From positions 1-42,854 of the forward strand of contig NIVC01004537.1 in the NCBI GenBank assembly GCA_002269645.1: a stretch of 42,854 nt of DNA. The letters are read 5' to 3'. Below the pieces are notes generated by a model. That model did not search any database, was not told the DNA's origin, and worked only from the letters and a program-made list of their open reading frames with translations. A program made the translations under genes and the position numbers. This document shows positions 1-12,633 of this stretch, piece by piece (the first letter of the stretch is position 1; every line of letters starts with the position of its first letter). This DNA comes from Macrostomum lignano. Its lineage: Eukaryota.

Positions 1-384
1 TGCTTTGTGTGACTTTCACTCGAAGAGAATTTGTGTTAGTATTCGTGTAACGTTCTAGAGATCGAACCGATTGACCAATTTTAATCGCGTTTTTGCCAAA
101 AGATTTGTAATTATCTGGAAAGAAGACAGTTAAAATTTCTTTAATCGGCTTTAATGATAAAGGTATTAAATATTCGAAAACGAGTTTTCCCAATGCTTTT
201 AATGGGAGGGCAAACAAGTTGACTTCTTGACCGGCTGAATTCCAATAGAGCCATAACTTTCTCTCTCCACTGTGTAAGCTTCAATACTGGGGTTGCAGTG
301 TGCAAGGAGAAAAAATGCTCAGTGGCTGCGTGTGTACATTCTGACCCTGGCTCTGACTGGCGGACTCCATAGAAAATTGCTATT

Positions 385-940
385 TATAGATTTCACTCAA
401 TCAACTGTGCATTGGCTCCGCCTGCACGCCTACACACTGAGCAGCCTATCACTGCTATGTATTTTAACTGCAGTTCTGAAGCATATATGGCTGATTTGTT
501 GTCCTCCATCAATAGGCGGAGTAGCCGCAGTGTAGGCACTTAGGACTAGGTTTAGGCTAGACGTAAGGTCCAAGGTTCGAGTCTGCCTCCCGGAGGATAA
601 TAAAAATTCAAATAATTCAATAATTTATAGCTTGTGCCTGGACTAATTGAAACATTTTTTATTTAATTTCAATTGAAACATTTTTTTATTAATTAGCAAT
701 TCATTTTTTGCTACTCGGCACTAGCCACTAATCAAATTTGATTTGTAAAAACTGCTTCGAGTATAACTGATCCGATCAATGGGTATTGTCTAGCTCCATA
801 AAAGTACGAAATTACTAAACTGCAGACAATGCTGCTAAATGCTGAGCTTTTCAAGACTGCCGATATGTATCGAAAATTGATTAGTGAGCCGTACAATTCT
901 GAGCAAATTGCAGTTTTCTGAGGGGACTGAGGTGCCGGCC
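385..940. repeat. Diverged ~560-580 bp direct duplication, copy A (SINE-containing)
   Basis: Colinear with 991-1573 from TATAGATTTCACT to GCCGGCC, with many substitutions and small indels. Confidence 0.85.
515..595 (+). mobile_element. tRNA-derived SINE-like head (degenerate)
   Basis: A-box-like TAGCCGCAGTG at 522 and B-box GGTTCGAGTC at 574; no intact cloverleaf. Confidence 0.55.
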
Positions 941-990
941 ACAGAAGAACTGCAGACTGTGAATTAGTTCCTCCAGACTTAAATCTAATT

Positions 991-1573
991 TATAGATTTC
1001 ACTTAAATGCGCATTGGCTCTGCCTGCATACAACCCGTGCACTAAGCAGCCTATCACTGCTGTGTATTTCACTGCAGTGCCAAAGCATATATGGCTGATT
1101 TTGTCGCCCTCCAATCAATAGGCGGAGTAGCCGCACTGTAGGCACTAGGACCAGTTTTAGGATAGGCGTAAGGTCCCAGGTTCGAGTCTACCTCGCAGCG
1201 GACAATTAAAATTGAACTAATTATTTATTTTAGCTTGTGCTTCGACTAATTGAAACTTTTATGCTTAATTAACAAGGCACACTTAATGAACTACATGTAT
1301 TTTTGCTGTTTGGCACAAGTCGATAAGCAAATTTGATTTGTAGAAACTGCTTCAAGTACATGTATTACTAGCGTACTGATCCCATCAATGGGTATATTGC
1401 CTAGCTCCATGAAAGTATGAAATTGCTAAACTGCAGACGATTCTGAAAAAAACTGCTGAAGGTATTGCTAAATTCTGAGCTTTTCAAAACTGCCGATATG
1501 TATCGAAAATTTATTAGTGAGCCGTAAAATGCTGAGAAAATTGCAGTTTGCAGAGGAGACTGAGGAGCCGGCC
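991..1573. repeat. Diverged direct duplication, copy B
   Basis: Colinear with 385-940. Confidence 0.85.
1121..1200 (+). mobile_element. tRNA-derived SINE-like head (degenerate), second copy
   Basis: TAGCCGCACTG A-box-like and GGTTCGAGTC at 1179; paralog of 515-595. Confidence 0.55.
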
Positions 1574-2558
1574 GAGAGGAGAACTGCAGGCTGCTGAGAG
1601 AATGAATGAAAATCATTAATGGTACAGTTGTAGACTGAAAATGAAATGACTGCAGACTGCTGAGGGGAACTGCAGACTGTCGAAGGGATCATTGCAGATT
1701 GCAAAGGGGAAACAACTGCAAACTGCTGAGGTAGTTCCTCCAGACGTATGAGCGTATAGCTGCAGACTGCTGAGAGGGAAAACTGCGGACTAATTAGAGG
1801 ATAATGGCAGACTTCTGAGGCTTATAACTAACTATTGAGTTTTGAGTGGATATTTACTGTGGAAGATTAAGTACAAGTTGTTTAGGGGATTTCTGCGGCT
1901 GCTAAGTGAAATATTTTTGGCTAAGGGGACAATTCTATGCCGCTGAGGGTATGCATTCTTAATTTTAATAAAAGTTTTAAAATGCAAAGTGGATGATAAA
2001 TGCCGGCTGCTAAGAAATAACTGCAGTCTTTTTGCGGGATTAGATGAAGGGATAATTTCAGGTTGTTGTGGGGATAAATGCCGATTTCCGGGGGTTAACT
2101 TCAAACGGCTGAAGTTGCTAAACTAGATTATTTCTACCACATGTCAATAGGCACAATAGCCGCAGTAGGCAGGCAGTATCAAGCAGAAGCAAACAGAATG
2201 CTTTGATGTCAGCAGTTCGAGCCTGCATTGAAGCAGCGAATTTATCTTTGTGACCTGTGACAATAATGATTGCATCCTATGCAGATTCATGGAGATGTTA
2301 AACACTTAAATTTAAAGATACTTTTGCTGGGGCTGCGTTAGTCTTCTAGAGCAGTGCTAATCTGCTGTAAGTACTAATTTGCAAAGGGTCTAATCTGGGT
2401 GAGCAGTGCTAATCTGACGTACAATGAATTAATAAATATGCAAGAGAATTGCAAATAAATTTTAAACTGCAAGTTGCAAACATTTCAAATGGTTTCGATT
2501 ATTGAGAAGCATATGGAGATCAGTAGCCATCTGCTCCCAGATTTTGCGGAACAGTGCC

Positions 2559-2700
2559 GGTGAACCATTGCTAAACTGCTGGTGAATCATTGCTTAACTG
2601 CTGGTGAACCATTGCTAAACTGCTGGTGAACCATTGCTAAACTGCTGGTGAACCATCGCTAAAGTGATGGTAAACCATTGCTAAAGTGATGGTAAACCAC
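2559..2700. repeat. 22-bp minisatellite GGTGAACCATTGCTAAACTGCT, ~6 copies
   Basis: Direct reading; period 22 (2559, 2581, ...). Confidence 0.95.
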
Positions 2701-2819
2701 TGTAAGTTTTTAATAAATGCTACTTTAAACAGAAGAAAACTCAACACAAGAAAAAGCGACAAAAGAATCATCATGTCAACCATAAAAGAAGCGGTCTGTC
2801 GAGAATAAAATACTCAATG

Positions 2820-4920
2820 TGAATTGCTAAGATGTCAAGGCTGGTATGGAAAATTTCTGTGATATCAAGACTCATGGGAGAATTTCTAAGATCTCAAGGC
2901 TCAGCGGTAATTGCTATAATGATGTGATTCTGGGGAGAATTGCTTTGATTTCAAAGCTTAAGTTCAATTGCTGCGATGTCGATCTTAATGAGGGAATTTC
3001 TGAGATGTCAAGGCTTACTGGGGAATTATTGAGATTTCAAGGCTTACTGGGCCATGGGCCAGATCAAGGCCCATGAGAGAAATTCTGAGATGTCTTGTCA
3101 AGTCTCAGAGGGAAATTCCTATACTGATGTGATTCTGGGCAGAATTGCTTTGATTTTAAATTTCATTTGAGAAATTTCTGAGGTATCAAGGCTCATTATT
3201 TACTGTCAAGGCTCATGGAAATAATTTCTGGAATGCTGTGGCTCTTGAGGGAATTGCCGACATTGTTAGGGTAAGAGTAAGACGTAAACCATATAAATGA
3301 ATAGGCCTGTCTAACATTAAATACTCATTGGGGAATTGCTAAGTTGTAAAGGCTCGTGGGGGATATCCGAATTATAATGTGGCTCAATGCTCAGGGGGAT
3401 TGTTGTGATTGCAGTACCTGCTCATAATGCCGAAATTTTGTGGCTCAAATAGGAGTTGCTGAGATATCAAGGCTCATTGGGGAATAGCTGAGATTTCAAA
3501 GCTCACGGGGGATCCCTGTAATGCTGTAGGCTGTGACTCTTGGGTATTGCTGAGATGCTAAGGTTCACGGGGGAATGACTGAGATTTCAAAGGCTCCTAA
3601 AGCGAATAGCTGAAATTCACGAAATGTCAAGGTTCATTGGGTATTTGTTGAAATGCTGTGGTTTACGGTGGGAATTGCTGAAATGCTGTGACTTGGCAGG
3701 GTTAGTTTTCAACCATAAGACTCATGTGAAAGTGCCAAGATATCAAAAGGTTAGTCGCTAAAGTTCCATGCTCATGGGAAAATTGCTAAGATTTCAAAAG
3801 CTCATTGGGGAATTTCTGAAATTCTTGGGCTGAGAGGGGGAGTTGCTGAAATGCTGTGACTCGGCTGCAGGTTAAGGGTTAGGATTTGAGTTTAATCAAG
3901 AGCGATCGTCGTGTCAATCATAAATGATTCATCAAGGAATTTCAAAGATTAAAGGGCGAATTAGTTATATGCTTTGGCTCTTCGGGAATTGCTGACAGTT
4001 CAAGGCTTTCGGTGAAATTTAGATTTCAAAGCTTATGAGGAAGTTACTTAAATGCTCAGGCTTAAGGCTCACGGGGGAGATTGCTAACATGCCAAGACTC
4101 ACTTATGGGTTAGGGTTAGGGGCTTAGGGTCAGTTTTGGTTCAATCATAGAATAACCACTCTGTTAACCATCAACTAAAGACTTGCTAAGATGGGAGTTG
4201 CTAAGATATCAAAGCTCATGAATGGAATCGCTGAGTTGACAAGGCTTATGAAGAAATTGCAGAGATATCAAGGCTCATAAGGGGATTGCTGAATTCTTGG
4301 GGGAGGGGAGTTGGGTTGTTGGGATGTCAAGGCTTACTCAGCTGAGAGAACTGCGTAGATGTCAAGGCTCGAGTTTAATTGCTGCGATGTCGATGCTTAA
4401 TGGGGGAACTGCTGAGATGTCAAGTCTTACTGGGAATTGCTAAGGTGTCAAGTCTTACTGGGAATTGCTAAAATGTGAAGGCTTTTAGGGGGAATGCTGA
4501 GATTTCAAGGCTTACTGGGGAAATGCTTAGATTTCAAGGCTTACTGGGGGAATTCCTCAGATGTCAAGGCTTATTGGGGGAATTGCTGAGATGTTAAGGC
4601 TTACTGGGGGAATTGCAGCGATTTCAAGGCTTACTGCGGCAATTGCTAAGATGTGAATTCTTTCTGGGGGAATTGCTAAGATTTCAAGGCTTACTGGGAG
4701 AATCGCTGAGATGTCAATGCTTACTGGGGAATTGCTGAGATCTCGAGGCTTCTCAGCAATTCTTAGCAAGTATTAGCAATTGTTAGCTAAGTATTCTTAG
4801 CAATTCTTAGCAATTCTTGTCAAGGCTTACTTGGGGAATTGCTGAGATTTCAAGGCTTACTGGTGGGAATTGCTAAGATGACAAGGCTCATGGATGATGG
4901 CCGAATTGTTGGGGGTGTTA
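2820..4920. repeat. Degenerate ~30-bp repeat family (GGGAATTGCTGAGATGTCAAGGCTTACTG), tandem in 4400-4880
   Basis: Recurring AATTGCT(G/A)AGAT(G/T)TCAAGGCT motifs throughout. Confidence 0.9.
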
Positions 4921-5895
4921 GGTTGTTGGGCGATTGTCAGATAGTCAGGTAGTACGGCTGAAGTAGCTCATGTAGTTCAGATATTGAAATAGTACACACA
5001 AGTGATGCTGATTTCTGCTAATAGGAAATACCAGCGCATTTATTAAAGGTTTCATTCTTTGATTTAGGCTAATTAAAAGAGAGGGTCTAAGGCCGTCAAT
5101 GATTTGCATATTTGCTGCGGATAAGAATATGCCCCGGCCAGCGACGATATGCACTAAGAGTTTGTGCTTGAAAGGATAAGCACTATTTGCTGATTGAGAA
5201 AGGGTTTTGGGCTGATGAAGGAAACTTTTTTTGGCTGATGAAAGTTCTGATTCATGGCAATTTATTTTTGCCAAAATGAGAAAAGGTATTTTTGATTAAT
5301 GGAAATCAACATTTTGGATAATTATTATAGTAAGGTTACTCTTGTGTCAAAAAAAACCAATTGGTGTCATTTTAGGGCTCCCCAGCGGGGGGCTAAATGG
5401 CTAGTTCCAATATACTAAAAATGAAAATCTTGCTTGCTTGTAATCGATTAGAGAAAAAATGGCTTAACCGATTTTTATGAGACTTGCACTGTTCGATCAG
5501 AAATTTTCCCGTGACGGTACATGCATCGTGGCTAAGAAATTGCTCGATGCTAAAGGCATTAAATATTCGAAAAACATGCTTTTTTGCAAAGGTCAAGCAA
5601 ACTTTTCGACTTGAAATGCATTGTAAGAATGCTAGAGAAAAAACTGACTGGTTGAATTCTGATTCTGAAATAGATTGCATCATAACTGAATTGTAACTCC
5701 GACTTGAATTGAAAATGCAGTGTGGAAGCGTAGCACAGACTTGATTTAAATTGCGTAACCATAATTGTTAACTGATACTGACTGACTGAGAAACTGATTA
5801 TGTCATAACTGCTTCGTGTGATTTACTCTATGCTTGGATTTTAAAGTGTTGAATTATATAAGTGCAAAATTTGATGTTATCAAAACGATGAGAGC

Positions 5896-5950
5896 TAGCC
5901 TAGAGGTGAACAAACTGAACTGCTAAATGCAGCGACGGTGGTTCGAATTT
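5896..5950 (+). mobile_element. Degenerate Pol III type-2 (tRNA/SINE-like) relic
   Basis: TAGCCTAGAGG (A-box-like) at 5896 and GGTTCGAATT (B-box-like) at 5940. Confidence 0.35.
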
Positions 5951-6016
5951 TCATAGAGTATATTTTTTTTAATTAAAGCTTTTCAACGTCAGGAAAACTA
6001 AAAGACTTTTTAAAAA

Positions 6017-9000
6017 GAAGCGTCATGTAAAAATCATAGAAGCGTCATGTAAAAATCATAGAAGCGTCATGTAAACAATCATAAAAGCGTCATGTAAAAA
6101 TCATAGAAGCGTCTTTTAAAAAAATCATAGAAGCGTCATGTAAACAATCATAGAAGCGTCATGTAAAAAATCATAGAAGCGTCATGTAAACAATCATAGA
6201 AGCGTCATGTAAACAATCATAGAAGCGTCATTTAAAAATCATAGAAGCGTCATGTAAACAATCATAGAAGCGTCATGTAAACAATCATAGAAGCGTCATG
6301 TAAACAATCATAGAAGCGTCATGTAAACAATCATAGAAGCGTCATGTAAACAATCATAGAAGCGTCATGTAAAAAATCGTAGAAGCGTCATTTAAAAATC
6401 ATAGAAGCGTCATGTAAACAATTATTCAAGCGTCATGTAAAAAATCATAGAAGCGCCATGAAAAAAATCGTAGAAGCGTCATATAAAAATCATAGAAGCG
6501 TCATGTAAAAAATCATAGAAGCGTCATGTAAAAAATCGTAGAAGCGTCTTTTAAAAAAATCATAGAAGCGTCATGTAAACAATTATTCAAGCGTCATGTA
6601 AAAAATCATAGAAGCGCCATTAAAAAAAAGTGTAAAAGCGTCATATAAAAATCATAGAAGCGTCATGTAAAAAATCATAGAAGCGTCATGTAAACAATCA
6701 TAGAAGCGTCATGTAAAAAATCATCGAAGCGTCATATAAACAATCACTGAAGCGTCATGTAAACAATCATAAAAGCGTCATGTAAAAATCATAGAAGCGT
6801 CATGTAAACAATCATAGAAGCGTCATTTAAAAAAATCATAGAAGCGTCATATAAACAATCATAGAAGCGTCTTTTAAAAAAATCATAGAAGCGTCATATA
6901 AACAATCATAGAAGCGTCATGTAAACAATCATAGAAGCGTCATGTAAAAAATCATAGAAGCGTCATGTAAACAATCATAGAAGCGTCATGTAAACAATCA
7001 TAGAAGCGTCATGTAAACAATCATAGAAGCGTCATGTAAACAATCATAGAAGCGTCATGTAAAAAATCATAGAAGCGTCATGTAAACAATCACTGAAGCG
7101 TCATGTAAACAATCATAGAAGCGTCATGTAAACAATCATAGAAGCGTCATGTAAAAATCATAGAAGCGTCATGTAAACAATCACTGAAGCGTCATGTAAA
7201 CAATCATAGAAGCGTCATGTAAACAATCATAAAAGCGTCATGTAAAAATCATAAAAGCGTCATGAAAAAATCATAGAAGCGTCATATAAACAATCATAGA
7301 AGCGTCATATAAACAATCATAGAAGCGTCATGTAAACAATCATAGAAGCGTGATGTAAAAAATCATCGAAGCGTCATATAAACAATCACTGAAGCGTCAT
7401 GTAAAAAATCATAGAAGCGTCATGTAAACAATCATAGAAGCGTCATGTAAAAAATCATAGAAGCGTCATGTAAACAATCACTGAAGCGTCATGTAAACAA
7501 TCATAGAAGCGTCATGTAAACAATCATAGAAGCGTCATGTAAAAATCATAGAAGCGTCATGTAAACAATCACTGAAGCGTCATGTAAACAATCATAGAAG
7601 AGTCATGTAAACAATCATAGAAGCGTCATGTAAACAATCATAAAAGCGTCATGTAAAAATCATAAAAGCGTCATGAAAAAATCATAGAAGCGTCATATAA
7701 ACAATCATAGAAGCGTCATGTAAACAATCATAGAAGCGTCATGTAAAAAATCATAGAAGCGTCATGTAAACAATCATAGAAGCGTCATGTAAAAAATCAT
7801 AGAAGCGTCATGTAAACAATCATAAAAGCGTCATGTAAAAATCATAAAAGCGTCATGAAAAAATCATAGAAGCGTCATATAAACAATCATAGAAGCGTCA
7901 TGTAAACAATCACTGAAGCGTCATGTAAACAATCATAGAAGCGTCATGTAAACAATCATAGAAGCGTCATGTAAAAAATCATAGAAGCGTCATGTAAACA
8001 ATCATAGAAGCGTCTTTTAAAAAAATCATAGAAGCGTCATATAAACAATCATAGAAGCGTCATGTAAACAATCATAAAAGCGTCATGTAAAAAATCATAG
8101 AAGCGTCATGTAAACAATCATAGAAGCGTCATGTAAACAATCATAGAAGCGTCATGTAAACAATCATAAAAGCGTCATATAAACAATCATAGAAGCGTCA
8201 TGTAAACAATCATAGAAGCGTCTTTTAAAGAAATCATAGAAGCGTCATATAAACAATCATAGAAGCGTCATGTAAACAATCATAGAAGCGTCATGTAAAA
8301 AATCATAGAAGCGTCATGTAAACAATCATAGAAGCGTCATGTAAAAAATCATAGAAGCGTCATGTAAACAATCACTGAAGCGTCATGTAAACAATCATAG
8401 AAGCGTCATGTAAACAATCATAGAAGCGTCATGTAAAAAATCATAGAAGCGTCATGTAAACAATCATAGAAGCGTCATATAAACAATCATAGAAGCGTCT
8501 TTTAAAAAATCATAGAAGCGTCATATAAACAATCATAGAAGCGTCATGTAAACAATCATAGAAGCGTCATGTAAAAAATCATAGAAGCGTCATGTAAACA
8601 ATCATAGAAGCGTCATGTAAAAAATCATAGAAGCGTCATGTAAACAATCACTGAAGCGTCATGTAAACAATCATAGAAGCGTCATGTAAACAATCATAGA
8701 AGCGTCATGTAAAAAATCATAGAAGCGTCATGTAAACAATCATAGAAGCGTCATGTAAAAAATCATAGAAGCGTCATGTAAACAATCACTGAAGCGTCAT
8801 GTAAACAATCATAGAAGCGTCATGTAAACAATCATAGAAGCGTCATGTAAAAAATCATAGAAGCGTCATGTAAACAATCATAGAAGCGTCATGTAAACAA
8901 TCATAGAAGCGTCATGTAAACAATCATAGAAGCGTCATGTAAACAATCATAGAAGCGTCATGTAAAAAATCATAGAAGCGTCATGTAAACAATCACTGAA

Positions 9001-10350
9001 GCGTCATGTAAACAATCATAGAAGCGTCATGTAAACAATCATAGAAGCGTCATGTAAAAAATCATAGAAGCGTCATGTAAACAATCACTGAAGCGTCATG
9101 TAAACAATCATAGAAGCGTCATGTAAACAATCATAGAAGCGTCATGTAAACAATCATAAAAGCGTCATGAAAAAATCATAGAAGCGTCATGTAAAAATAA
9201 TAAAAGCGTCATGTAAAAAATCATAGAAGCGTCATGTAAAAATCATAGAAGCGTCATGTAAAAATCATAGAAGCGTCTTTTAAAAAAATCATAGAAGCGT
9301 CATGTAAACAATCATAGAAGCGTCATGTAAACAATCATAGAAGCGTCATGTAAAAAATCATAGAAGCGTCATGTAAACAATCATAGAAGCGTCATGTAAA
9401 AATCAAAGAAGCGTCATATAAACAATCATAGAAGCGTCATGTAAACAATCATAGAAGCGTCATGTAAAAATCATAGAAGCGTCATGTAAACAATCATAGA
9501 AGCGTCATGCAAACAATCATAGAAGCGTCAGGCAAACAATCGTAGAAGCGTCATGTAAAAATCATAGAAGCGTCATGAAAAAAATCATAGAAGCGTCATG
9601 TAAAAATCATAGAAGCGTCATGTAAACAATCATAGAAGCGTCATGTAAACAATCATAGAAGCGTCATGTAAAAAATCATAGAAGCGTCATATAAACAATC
9701 ATAGAAGCGTCATGTAAAAAATCATAGAAGCGTCATGTAAACAATCATAGAAGCGTCATGTAAAAAATCGTAGAAGCGTCATATAAAAATCATAGAAGCG
9801 TCATGTAAAAAATTATAGAAGCGTCTTGTAAACAATCATAGAAGCGTCATGTAAAAATCATAGAAGCGACATGAAAAAATCATAGAAGCGTCATGCAAAA
9901 AATCATAGAAGCGTCTTGTAGCAATCATAGAAGCGTCATGTAAAAATCATAGAAGCGTCATGTAAACAATCATAGAAGCGTCTTGTAGCAATCATAGAAG
10001 CGTCATGTAAAAATCATAGAAGCGTCATGTAAACAATCATAGAAGTGTCATGTAAAAATCATAGAAGCGTCATGTAAACAATCATAGAAGCGTCATGTAA
10101 ACAATCATAGAATCGTCATGTAAAAATCATAGAAGCGTCATGCAAACAATTATAGAAGCGTCATGTAAAAATCATAAAAGCGTCATGCAAACAATCATAG
10201 AAGCGTCATGTAAACAATCATAGAAGCGTCATCAAAAGATCATAGAAGCCTCATATAAAAACTAATGGAAGTGTCATTTGAGAAATCATAGAAGCGTCAT
10301 GGAAGAATAAAAGAAGCGTCATGTCAGACATGAAAGAAGTGTCATGTAAA
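6017..10350. repeat. 4.3-kb satellite of 22-23-bp unit ATCATAGAAGCGTCATGTAAA(C/A)A, roughly 190 copies
   Basis: Direct reading; homogeneous centre, degenerate right edge. Confidence 0.99.
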
Positions 10351-10369
10351 AATTAAAAGAAGCTATTGT

Positions 10370-11450
10370 GCTGTGCTGGGGAGAATTACTAAGATGTCAA
10401 GGCTCACGGAGAATAACTGAGATTTTGGGGAGGCGGTTTCTGAGATGCCAGAGAAGCAAAGTAGCAAACGTCAGAAGCTACTTCAAAGTACATGTAGTTT
10501 ACTTAATTTTTTATTACATTCTTTGTTGGCTCGCTACGGGGGAGGGGGCGCTGATAGAAGAAGAGTCATGTAAAAAAGAAAAGAAGCACTATGTATACAT
10601 AAAAGAAGAGTCATTATGTCAAAGTTAAAAGATTCATTTGGGAATTGCTACGATGCCAAGGCTTGGAGGGAATCGCTATGGTGCTGTGATTCTTAAATAA
10701 GGAATCACTAAAATGTCAAGGCTTAGGGGAGAAGAATTGCTGAGATTTAAGGCTTTAGGTTGGGTTAAAGTTAGGTTTAGGTCAGGTTTGGGTTGATGGT
10801 TAGATTTTAGCGGGTTTCAAGATTAACAGGGGATTTTTCAGATATCAAGGTTTATGGGGGGCATCGCTAACATGACAAGGCTTACGGGGGGAATAGCTGA
10901 GATGTCAAGGCTCACGGGGGAATAACCGAGATGTCAAGGCTAAATTCACAAGCTACATGTAGATGATGTAGTTTATTGAAAAATGTTTTCATTATTTATT
11001 GGCTCTTCACGGGAAGGATCGCTGATAGATAAAGTGTAATGTAAAAAATAAAAGAAGCTTCATGTCGAAGTTAAGAGATTCATTTGGGAATCCCTACGAT
11101 GTCGAGGCTTGCAGGGAATCGCTATAATGCTGTAGTGCTATAATGACTCTTAGAGAGAATTACTGAAATGTCAATGCTTTAGGGTTAGGGTTAGGGTTAG
11201 GGTTAGGGTTAGGTTTAGAAGGTTAACAGATTTTTTAAGATTTCAAGGCTTATGGGGGGAATTGCTAAGATGTCAAGGGGGAGTTGATATGCTAAGGCTT
11301 GTGGGGGGGGGGGAGGAATTGCTGGCATGTCAAGGCTTACAAGGGTTTGCTGAGGTATAATGCAAAGAGACGCTTATATGTAGTTTATTAAAAAACTTGT
11401 GCTGTATTTTTTGGCTCCCCAACGGGGGGCGCTGATTGCTAGTGCTGTCT
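10370..11450. repeat. Same degenerate ~30-bp repeat family as 2820-4920, with an internal duplicated block (~10490-10700 vs ~10965-11150)
   Basis: GAATTGCTGAGATGTCAAGGCT motifs; shared AGATTCATTTGGGAAT...GGGAATCGCTAT. Confidence 0.85.
11179..11214 (+). repeat. Interstitial telomeric repeat (TTAGGG)5 plus variant
   Basis: Five perfect TTAGGG at 11179-11208, then TTAGGT. Confidence 0.9.
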
Positions 11451-11857
11451 ACTATAATACAACGATTGATGTTAAGTGTTTTAATGCGAAATTTTCCTCA
11501 CAAATAACCTTCTTGATAATTTTGAGAGCACCAGACGTACACTACTAATAGTAATTAAAGAGCCAATTCAGGTACAAATTTGAGATAAAATTGCAAAAAA
11601 ATTCAATTTTTTACTTCTTCATTTTCACATCTTGGAGCTTTTGTTGAGTGTGAGTTGAATTGAAGTCAGTTTTTTGGTTTGATCCATCAAATAAATGATT
11701 CTGATCAGCAATCTACAGATTCCCATTAATATGACATGTATATTTTTGTGCTGGACAGACAGTTTTAAACAGAAATCATTAACGAATAGTCACTGACGTT
11801 GAGACATTTTATTGCATCAGTTGGAGCAGATGGTCAATCGCAATTTTTCTGGTGATC

Positions 11858-11993
11858 AGATTAGCAATCCATTCTAGCCGTGAAATCACATTGGTTAGAT
11901 TAGCAATCCATTCAAGCCGTGAAATCACATTGGCTAGATTAGCAATTCATTCTAGCCGTGCAATCACATTGGCTAGATTAGCAATTCATTCTT
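11858..11993. repeat. 39-bp tandem repeat, ~3.5 copies
   Basis: AGATTAGCAAT at 11858, 11897, 11936, 11975. Confidence 0.9.
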
Positions 11994-12339
11994 TACAATA
12001 ACCTACATAATATAAATAGCAATTTTATAGTTCATGTAGAATGCAAAGCTAACAACAAATCAATGTATTAAAAAAATCTGACTAACAAAATCACAATAGA
12101 CTGCATAAGTATATATAAATATGAATATATTGATTAATCGGAAAGAAATCAGTGCTGGAGATTGTTTGAGAACTAGTTAACAAAAAAAACATGCATTTAA
12201 TTTCAACTTTAAACATGCCGCATACATTTTAATCACAAAGAAAGATAAAAAATCATTTCTGAGCATAGATTTTCTATGCATTAATATTTTTTTCTTTGCG
12301 GTACAAATCGGCAAACCTTTTCTGTATAATTACAATAAT

Positions 12340-12605
12340 AATTTTCGATACATATCGGCTAACCCATACTGTATATTAGAATTAAATGTTTCGATACATA
12401 TCGGCTAAACCATACCGTATAATTAGAATTCAATTTTTCGATACATATCGGCTAACCTATACTTTATAATTAGAATAATAATTATATGCTAATGTACTTT
12501 TCGATACATATCGGCTAAGCAATACTGTATAATTAGAGTAATAACATTTGACGCATAACAGCTAGCCTATTATACGTCTGTAAAATTTCGATACATATCG
12601 GCTAG
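12340..12605. repeat. ~46-bp tandem repeat with core TTTCGATACATATCGGCT, just 3' of the EXOC2 stop
   Basis: Core CGATACATATCG at 12346, 12392, 12439, 12502, 12589. Confidence 0.9.
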
Positions 12606-12633
12606 TATAGAATACAAATTTCCCAGTGAACAG

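Noticed and set aside
160-5575. Shared AAAGG(T/C)ATTAAATATTCGAAAA at ~160 and ~5554 as element termini
   Set aside because: Same orientation, short, no TSD; probably fragments of an old dispersed repeat.
6017-10350. CRISPR-like array
   Set aside because: Head-to-tail monomers with no unique spacers, no cas genes, eukaryotic context.
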